From assembly GCF_009914755.1 (NCBI RefSeq), contig NC_060948.1: a stretch of 64,000 bases of DNA, one strand, 5' to 3'. Positions 54,828-64,000 of the stretch are shown here, in pieces. Made by a program: the position numbers and the translations under genes. The DNA comes from the human T2T-CHM13v2.0 reference genome, Homo sapiens. Each line of letters starts with the position of its first letter. Positions within the stretch are counted from its first letter, which is position 1. Under the pieces are notes generated by a model that saw only the letters and a program-made list of their open reading frames with translations, did no database searches and was not told the DNA's origin.

Positions 54828-57800
54828 GGCCTGGAATAAAGTGGAATGCTACGGTCTCGAATGGAATAAAAATGTATGGAATGGAATGCAATGAAACGGA
54901 ATCGAATGTCATAGAATGTAATGGAATGCAAAAAAATGGAATCCAAAATCATTGACTGGAAAGGCTGGGTGTCGAAAGGAATTGACTCCAATGATATGGA
55001 ATCGAATGGAATGGAAGTGAATAGAATCGAACTAAATCGAATGGAATGGAATTGATAGGAACGGAATGGAAAGGAATGCAATGAATTGGCATGGAATGGA
55101 ATCGAATGGCATCGAATGGAATGGAATGGAATGCAATGGAATGGAATGTATTAGAATGTAATGAACTTTAATGGAATGTACTCGAATGGATTCGACTGGA
55201 ATGGAATGTTCTGGAAGTGAATGGACTACAATGGAATGGATTCAAAAGGAATGGAATCGTACGGAATGGAATCTAATGGAATGGAATTAAATGGAAATGA
55301 ATCAAATTGAATAGCACGGAATTGAATTGAATGGAATGGAATGCAATGGAATCTAATGAAACGGAAAGGAAAGGAATGGAATGGAATGGAATGGGCTGGA
55401 ATGGAAAGGAATCGAAACGAATGGAATGGAATCGAACTGAAGAGACTGGAATGGAATGCACTGGAATGGAAGGGAGTGTAATAGAAGGTTCTCGAAAAAA
55501 ATGGAATCGAATGGAATGGAATTGAATGGAACGGAATAGAGTCGAATGGAATTGAATGGAATGGAATGGACTAGAGTGAAATGGAATCGAACCACAAGGA
55601 ATGGACAGGAATAGAATGGTCTCGAATTGAATGGAATCGTATGGAATGGCATCAAACGGAATGGAATGGACAGCCACGGAATGGAATGCACTCGAATGCA
55701 ATGGAGTCGAAACTAATGGACTGGAATAGAATGGACTCGACTGGTACGGACTCCAATGGAATGGAATCGAATGGAAGGGAATCGAACGGAATGGACTCGA
55801 AGGGAAAAGACTGCAATGGAAAGGTCTCGAATGGAATGGAAATTAATGGAATGGAATGGAATCGAATGAAATGGAGTCAAAAGGAATGGAATCGAATGGC
55901 AAGAAATCGAATGTAATGGAATCGCAAGGAATTGATGTGAACGGAACGGAATGGAATCGAATCCAAAGGAATGGAATAGAATGGAATGGAATCGAATGGA
56001 AAGGACTCGAATGGAAATCACTCGAATAGAATGCAATTTAATAAAATAGGATCAAATGTAATGGAATGGAATGGAAAGGAATCGAAACGAAAGGAATGGA
56101 GACAGATGGAATGGAATGGAACAGAGAGCAATGGTATAGAATGGAATGGAATCATCTGGAATGGAATTGAATGGAATGGAATAATATGAAATGGAATGGA
56201 ATGGAATGGAATGGAATGCCCTTGAATTAAATGGACTGGAATGGAATGGACTCGAACAGAGTGGAATGGAAAGTGTTGAGATAGAATGGAATGGACTCCT
56301 TTGGAATGGTGTAGTATGCAATGCAATCGACTGGCAGGGAATCAAAAGGAATGTAATGGAATGGATTGGACTGGAATGCAATGGACTCGAATAGATTGGA
56401 AACGGAATGCAAAGGAATGGAATGGAATAGTATGGAATGGAATGGAAAGGAATGGAGTGGAATAGACTAGAGTGGAATGGAATGGACTGGAAAGCAATGG
56501 ACTGGAATGGAACTTTCTTGAATGGACTGCAATCAAACGGAATGGAATGCAATGCAATCAAATGGCATGGAATAAAATAGAATGAAAGAGAATCAAATGG
56601 AATTGAATCGAATGGAATCGAATGGATTGGAAAGGAATAGAATGGAATGGAATGGAATTGACTCGAATGGAATGGACTAGAATGGAATGGATTCGAATGG
56701 AAGGCAAAGGAATGGAATCTATTGGAATGGACTGTAATGGAATGGAATGGAAAGGATTGGAATGGACTCGAATGGAATGGACTGCAATAGAAAGGATTCG
56801 AATGGAATGAAAAAGAATTGAATGGAATAGAACAGAATGGAATCAAATCGAATGAAATGGAATGGAATAGAAAGGAATGGAATGAAATGGAATGGAAAGG
56901 ATTCGAATGGAATGCAATCGAATGGAATGGAATCGAACGGAATGGAATAAAATGGAAGAAAACTGGCAAGAAATGGAATCGAAATGAATGGAGTGTTACG
57001 GAACGGACTCAAAAGGAATTGAATGTAATAGAATGGAGTGGAGTGGACTCGAATATAATGGAATGGAATGGAATGAAATCACAAGGAATGGGAACGAATG
57101 GAATGGAATGGAAAGGAATGGAATCGAATGGAAAGGAATCGAATGGAAGGGAATGAAATTGAATCAACAGGAATGGAAGGGAATAGAATAGACGGTAATG
57201 GAATGGACTCGAATAGAATGGACACGAATGCTCAAATTGAATGGACTCGAATGGAATGGAAAGGAAAGGAATGTCATCGAATGGAATTGAATGGATTGGA
57301 ATGAAATCGCATAGAATGGAGTGGAATCAAATGGAATTGAATCGAAAGGAAAGGAAGCGAATGGACTGAAATGAAATGGAATGGAATTGAATGGAAAGTA
57401 ATGCAATGGAATAGAATGGAACGAAATTTCACGGAATGGAATCAAACTGAATGGAATCAAATCAATGGAATCAAATCAAATGGAATGGAAAGGAATTGAA
57501 TGGAGTAGATTGGATTGGATGGAATTGGAATGAAATGTACTGGAAAGGACTCGAATTTCATGAAACGGAATGGAATGAATTGGAACGGAATGGACTCGAA
57601 TGGAATGGAATGTCATGGAATGGCATCAAATGGAATGGCATCAAATGGAATGGAATCGAATGCAATGGAATGCTATGGAATGGAATGGAATGCATTGGAA
57701 TGGAATGTCCTCTAATGGAATGGATTCGAGTGGAATGGAATCGAATATAATGGAGTCGAATGAAATGGAATTGAAAGGAGTGGGATCGAATACAATGGAA

Positions 57801-58401
57801 TATACTGGAATGTAATGTAATGAACTCGAATGTAATTGACTGGAATGGAATGTACATGAATGGAATGTAATCGAATGGAAAGTAATCCAATGGAATAGAA
57901 TCTAATGCAATAAAACCGACTCAGATAGAGTAGAATGTAATGGAATGGAGTGCAGTGCAATGGAATGGAATGGAATGGAAGGCAATGGAATGGAATGGAA
58001 TGGAATGGAATGGAATGGAATGGAATGGAATGGAATGGGATGGAATGGGATGGAATGGATAGTAATGGACTGGAGTGAAATGGACTGGAAAGGAATGGAC
58101 TCAAATTGAAAGGGCTCGAAAGGAATGGAGTCAAATGGAATGGTCTGGAATGGAATGAACACGAATGTAATGCAATCCAATAGAATGGAATCGAATGGCA
58201 TGGAATATAAAGAAATGGAATCGAAGAGAATGGAAACAAATGGAATGGAATTGAATGGAATGGAATTGAATGGAATGGGAACGAATGGAGTGAAATTGTA
58301 TGCAGTAGAAGGGAATAGAATGGAATGCAAGCGAAAGGAAAGGAATGGATTGGAATGGAATGGAATTCATTGGAATGGAAGGGAATGTAGTGTAATGGAC
58401 A
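54828..58401 (+). repeat. DYZ1 monomer U16, 3574 bp, type Q
   Basis: GGCC at 54828 and 58402; same markers as U13 at +10716. Confidence 0.9.
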
Positions 58402-61400
58402 GGCCTGGAATAAAGTGGAATGCTACGGTCTCGAATGGAATAAAAATGTATGGAATGGAATGCAATGAAACGGAATCGAATGTCATGGAATGTAATGGAA
58501 TGCAAAAAAATGGAATCCAAAATCATTGACTGGAAAGGCTGGGTGTCGAAAGGAATTGACTCCAATGGAATGGAATCGAATGGAATGGAAGTGAATAGAA
58601 TCGAACTAAATCGAATGGAATGGAATTGATAGGAACGGAATGGAAAGGAATGCAATGATTTGGCATGGAATGGAATCGAATGGCATCGAATGGAATGGAA
58701 TGGAATGCAATGGAATGGAATGTATTAGAATGTAATGAACTTTAATGGAATGTACTCGAATGGATTCGACTGGAATGGAATGTTCTGGAAGTGAATGGAC
58801 TCCAATGGAATGGATTCAAAAGGAATGGAATCGTACGGAATGGAATCTAATGGAATGGAATTAAATGGAAATGAATCAAATTGAATAGCACGGAATTGAA
58901 TTGAATGGAATGGAATGCAATGGAATCTAATGAAACGGAAAGGAAAGGAATGGAATGGAATGGAAAGGGCTGGAATGGAAAGGAATCGAAACGAATGGAA
59001 TGGAATCGAACTGAAGAGACTGGAATGGAATGCACTGGAATGGAAGGGAGTGTAATGGAAGGTTCTCGAAAAAAATGGAATCGAATGGAATGGAATTGAA
59101 TGGAACGGAATAGAGTCGAATGGAATTGAATGGAATGGAATGGACTAGAGTGAAATGGAATCGAACCACAAGGAATGGACAGGAATAGAATGGTCTCGAA
59201 TTGAATGGAATCGTATGGAATGGCATCAAACGGAATGGAATGGACAGCCACGGAATGGAATGCACTCGAATGCAATGGAGTCGAAACTAATGGACTGGAA
59301 TAGAATGGACTCGACTGGTACGGACTCCAATGGAATGGAATCGAATGGAAGGGAATCGAACGGAATGGACTCGAAGGGAAAAGACTGCAATGGAAAGGTC
59401 TCGAATGGAATGGAAATTAATGGAATGGAATGGAATCGAATGAAATGGAGTCAAAAGGAATGGAATCGAATGGCAAGAAATCGAATGTAATGGAATCGCA
59501 AGGAATTGATGTGAACGGAACGGAATGGAATGGAATCCAAAGGAATGGAATAGAATGGAATGGAATCGAATGGAAAGGACTCGAATGGAAATCACTCGAA
59601 TAGAATGCAATTTAATAAAATAGGATCAAATGTAATGGAATGGAATGGAAAGGAATCGAAACGAAAGGAATGGAGACAGATGGAATGGAATGGAACAGAG
59701 AGCAATGGTATAGAATGGAATGGAATCATCTGGAATGGAATTGAATGGAATGGAATAATATGAAATGGAATGGAATGGAATGGAATGGAATGGAATGGAA
59801 TGCCCTTGAATTAAATGGACTGGAATGGAATGGACTCGAACAGAGTGGAATGGAAAGTGTTGAGATAGAATGCAATGGACTCCTTCGGAATGGTCTAGTA
59901 TGCAATGCAATCGACTGGCAGGGAATCAAAAGGAATGTAATCGAATGGATTGGACTGGAATGCAGTGGACTCGAATAGATTGGAAACGGAATGCAAAGGA
60001 ATGGAATGGAATAGTATGGAATGGAATGGAAAGGAATGGAGTGGAATAGACTAGAGTGGAATGGAATGGACTGGAAAGCAATGGACTGGAATGGAACTTT
60101 CTTGAATGGACTGGAATCAAACGGAATGGAATGCAATGCAATCAAATGGCATGGAATAAAATAGAATGAAAGAGAATCAAATGGAATTGAATCGAATGGA
60201 ATCGAATGGATTGGAAAGGAATAGAATGGAATGGAATGGAATTGACTCAAATGGAATGGACTAGAATGGAATGGATTCGAATGGAAGGCAAAGGAATGGA
60301 ATCTATTGGAATGGACTGTAATGGAATGGAATGGAAGGGATTGGAATGGACTCGAATGGAATGGACTGCAATAGAAAGGATTCGAATGGAATGAAAAAGA
60401 ATTGAATGGAATAGAACAGAATGGAATCAAATCGAATGAAATGGAATGGAATAGAAAGGAATGGAATGAAATGGAATGGAAAGGATTCGAATGGAATGCA
60501 ATCGAATGGAATGGAATCGAACGGAATGGAATAAAATGGAAGAAAACTGGCAAGAAATGGAATCGAAATGAATGGAGTGTTATGGAACGGACTCAAAAGG
60601 AATTGAATGTAATAGAATGGAGTGGAGTGGACTCGAATATAATGGACTGGAATGGAATGAAATCACATGGAATGGGAACGAATGGAATGGAATGGAAAGG
60701 AATGGAATCGAATGGAAAGGAATCGAATGGAAGGGAATGAAATTGAATCAACAGGAATGGAAGGGAATAGAATAGACGGTAATGGAATGGACTCGAATAG
60801 AATGGACACGAATGCTCAAATTGAATGGACTCCAATGGAATGGAAACGAAAGGAATGTCATCGAATAGAATTGAATCGATTGGAATGAAATCGCAAGAAT
60901 GGAGTGGAATCAAATGGAATTGAATCGAAAGGAAAGGAAGCGAATGGACTGAAATGAAATGGAATGGAATTGAATGGAAAGTAATGCAATGGAATAGAAT
61001 AGAACGAAATTTCACGGAATGGAATCAAACTGAAAGGAATCAAATCAATGGAATCTAATCAAATGGAATGGAAGGGAATTGAATGGAGTAGATTGGATTG
61101 GATGGGATTGGAGTGAAATGTACTGGAAAGGACTCGAATTTCATGAAACGGAATGGAATGAATTGGAACGGAATGGACTCGAATGGAATGGAATGTCATG
61201 GAATGGCATCAAATGGAATGGCATCAAATGGAATGGAATCGAATGCAATGGAATGCTATGGAATGGAATGGAATGCATTGGAATGGAATGTCCTCTAATG
61301 GAATGGATTCGAGTGGAATGGAATCGAATATAATGGAGTCGAATGAAATGGAATTGAAAGGAGTGGGATCGAATACAATGGAATATGCTGGAATGTAATG

Positions 61401-61974
61401 TAATGAACTCGAATGTAATTGACTGGAATGGAATGTACATGGATGGAATGTAATCGAATGGAAAGTAATCCAATGGAATAGAATCTAATGCAATAAAATC
61501 GACTCAAATAGAGTAGAATGTAATGGAATGGAGTGCAGCACAATGGAATGGAATGGAATGCAATGGAATGGAATGGAATGGAATGGAATGGAATGGAATG
61601 GGATGGAATGGGATGGAATGGTATGGAATGGATAGTAATGGACTGGAGTGAAATGGACTGGAAAGGAATGGACTCAAATTGAAAGGGCTCGAAAGGAATG
61701 GAGTCAAATGGAATGGTCTGGAATGGAATGAACACGAATGTAATGCAATCCAATAGAATGGAATCGAATGGCATGGAATATAAAGAAATGGAATCGAAGA
61801 GAATGGAAACAAATGGAATGGAATTGAATGGAATGGAATTGAATGGAATGCGAACGAATGGAGTGAAATTGTATGCAGTAGAAGGGAATAGAATGGAATG
61901 CAAGCGAAAGGAAAGGAATGGATTGGAATGGAATGGAATTCATTGGAATGGAAGGGAATGTAGTGTAGTGGACA
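58402..61974 (+). repeat. DYZ1 monomer U17, 3573 bp, type P
   Basis: GGCC at 58402 and 61975; same markers as U15 at +7142. Confidence 0.9.
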
Positions 61975-64000
61975 GGCCTGGAATAAAGTGGAATGCTACG
62001 GTCTCGAATGGAATAAAAATGTATGGAATGGAATGCAATGAAACGGAATCGAATGTCATAGAATGTAATGGAATGCAAAAAAATGGAATCCAAAATCATT
62101 GACTGGAAAGGCTGGGTGTCGAAAGGAATTGACTCCAATGGAATGGAATCGAATGGAATGGAAGTGAATAGAATCGAACTAAATCGAATGGAATGGAATT
62201 GATAGGAACGGAATGGAAAGGAATGCAATGAATTGGCATGGAATGGAATTGAATGGCATCGAATGGAATGGAATGGAATGCAATGGAATGGAATGTATTA
62301 GAATGTAATGAACTTTAATGGAATGTACTCGAATGGATTCGACTGGAATGGAATGTTCTTGAAGTGAATGGACTCCAATGGAATGGATTCCAAAGGAATG
62401 GAATCGTACGGAATGGAATCTAATGGAATGGAATTAAATGGAAATGAATCAAATTGAATAGCACGGAATTGAATTGAATGGAATGGAATGCAATGGAATC
62501 TAATGAAACGGAAAGGAAAGGAATGGAATGGAATGGAATGGGCTGGAATGGAAAGGAATCGAAACGAATGGAATGGAATCGAACTGAAGAGACTGGAATG
62601 GAATGCACTGGAATGGAAGAGAGTGTAATGGAAGGTTCTCGAAAAAAATGGAATCGAATGGAATGGAATTGAATGGAACGGAATAGAGTCGAATGGAATT
62701 GAATGGAATGGAATGGACTAGAGTGAAATGGAATCGAACCACAAGGAATGGACAGGAATAGAATGGTCTCGAATTGAATGGAATCGTATGGAATGGCATC
62801 AAACGGAATGGAATGGACAGCCACGGAATGGAATGCACTCGAATGCAATGGAGTCGAAACTAATGGACTGGAATAGAATGGACTCGACTGGTACGGACTC
62901 CAATGGAATGGAATCGAATGGAAGGGAACCGAACGGAATGGACTCGAAGGGAAAAGACTGCAATGGAAAGGTCTCGAATGGAATGGAAATTAATGGAATG
63001 GAATGGAATCGAATGAAATGGAGTCAAAAGGAATGGAATCGAATGGCAAGAAATCGAATGTAATGGAATCACAAGGAATTGATGTGAACGGAACGGAATG
63101 GAATGGAATCCAAAGGAATGGAATAGAATGGAATGGAATCGAATGGAAAGGACTCGAATGGAAATCACTCGAATAGAATGCAATTTAATAAAATAGGATC
63201 AAATGTAATGGAATGGAATGGAAAGGAATCGAAACGAAAGGAATGGAGACAGATGGAATGGAATGGAACAGAGAGCAATGGTATAGAATGGAATGGAATC
63301 ATCTGGAATGGAATTGAATGGAATGGAATAATATGAAATGGAATGGAATGGAATGGAATGGAATGCCCTTGAATTAAATGGACTGGAATGGAATGGACTC
63401 GAACAGAGTGGAATGGAAAGTGTTGAGATAGAATGGAATGGACTCCTTTGGAATGGTGTAGTATGCAATGCAATCGACTGGCAGGGAATCAAAAGGAATG
63501 TAATGGAATGGATTGGACTGGAATGCAATGGACTCGAATAGATTGGAAACGGAATGCAAAGGAATGGAATGGAATAGTATGGAATGGAATGGAAAGGAAT
63601 GGAGTGGAATAGACTAGAGTGGAATGGAATGGACTGGAAAGCAATGGACTGGAATGGAACTTTCTTGAATGGACTGGAATCAAACGGAATGGAATGCAAT
63701 GCAATCAAATGGCATGGAATAAAATAGAATGAAAGAGAATCAAATGGAATTGAATCGAATGGAATCGAATGGATTGGAAAGGAATAGAATGGAATGGAAT
63801 GGAATGGACTAGAATGGAATGGATTCGAATGGAAGGCAAAGGAATGGAATCTATTGGAATGGACTGTAATGGAATGGAATGGAAGGGATTGGAATGGACT
63901 CGAATGGAATGGACTGCAATAGAAAGGATTCGAATGGAATGAAAAAGTATTGAATGGAATAGAACAGAATGGAATCAAATCGAATGAAATGGAATGGAAT
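61975..64000 (+). repeat. Partial DYZ1 monomer U18, Q-like
   Basis: GGCC at 61975; caatgaattggc, ggtgtagta; private 15-bp deletion near 63805. Confidence 0.88.

Larger units (their letters stand above)
1..64000 (+). repeat. DYZ1: Human satellite 3 (HSat3) array, DYZ1-type ~3.56 kb tandem repeat (Yq12 heterochromatin); GGAAT-rich strand on +
   Basis: Seen: degenerate GGAAT pentamers throughout, with landmarks (gaagaaaactggcaag, gacaggcctggaataaagtgg, caatttaataaaatagg, gcccttgaattaaa) recurring every 3524-3574 bp. Knowledge: DYZ1 is a ~3.56 kb GGAAT/TTCCA repeat with a HaeIII and an EcoRI site per unit. TTGAATGGAATGGGAACGAATGG (1432) and GGACAGGCCTGGAATAAAGTGGA (1563) match my recollection of the classic Y1.2/Y1.1 DYZ1 sexing primers; not database-verified. 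Confidence 0.96.

Noticed and set aside
8-63978. Hundreds of ORFs (MEWNG- and IPFHS-rich, up to 313 aa)
   Set aside because: Pure (GGAAT)n has no stop codon in any frame. The peptides are the direct translation of the pentamer, overlap in all frames and are broken at random between monomers, so there is no evidence of coding.
1-64000. CRISPR-like or repeat-spacer system
   Set aside because: There are no unique spacers; the variable pentamers recur identically every ~3.55 kb, and no cas-like or other genes are present.
1-64000. DYZ2/HSat1B block, Alu or L1 insertion, strand inversion, or HSat2 identity
   Set aside because: No non-GGAAT segment and no switch to ATTCC on the + strand was seen. 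The HSat2-type CATTCGATTC/GATGAT pattern does not dominate, and the 3.56 kb period fits DYZ1.

Overview
The whole 64 kb window is one uninterrupted, single-orientation array of human satellite 3, a degenerate (GGAAT)n/(ATTCC)n repeat. It is organised as ~3.52-3.57 kb monomers with one HaeIII (GGCC) site and one conserved EcoRI site each, which matches the Yq12 heterochromatic DYZ1 repeat (HSat3). There are 17 complete monomers plus two partial ones. I see no genes, RNA genes, transposons, DYZ2/Alu blocks or inversions, and all ORFs in the track are artefacts of translating a pentamer. I found no new protein-coding system. The information is in the variants. By eye the monomers fall into three domains: A-B-C-A'-A-B-C (about 1.5-26 kb, ~14.15 kb spacing), D-D-D (26-37 kb), and a P-Q dimer run with one hybrid monomer, Q'-P-Q-R-P-Q-P-Q (37-64 kb, 7142 and 10716 bp spacings). 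Each monomer carries three perfect heat-shock elements, and a dense mutation patch lies at a probable recombination junction near 4.8 kb. Variant calls were read manually, not aligned computationally.
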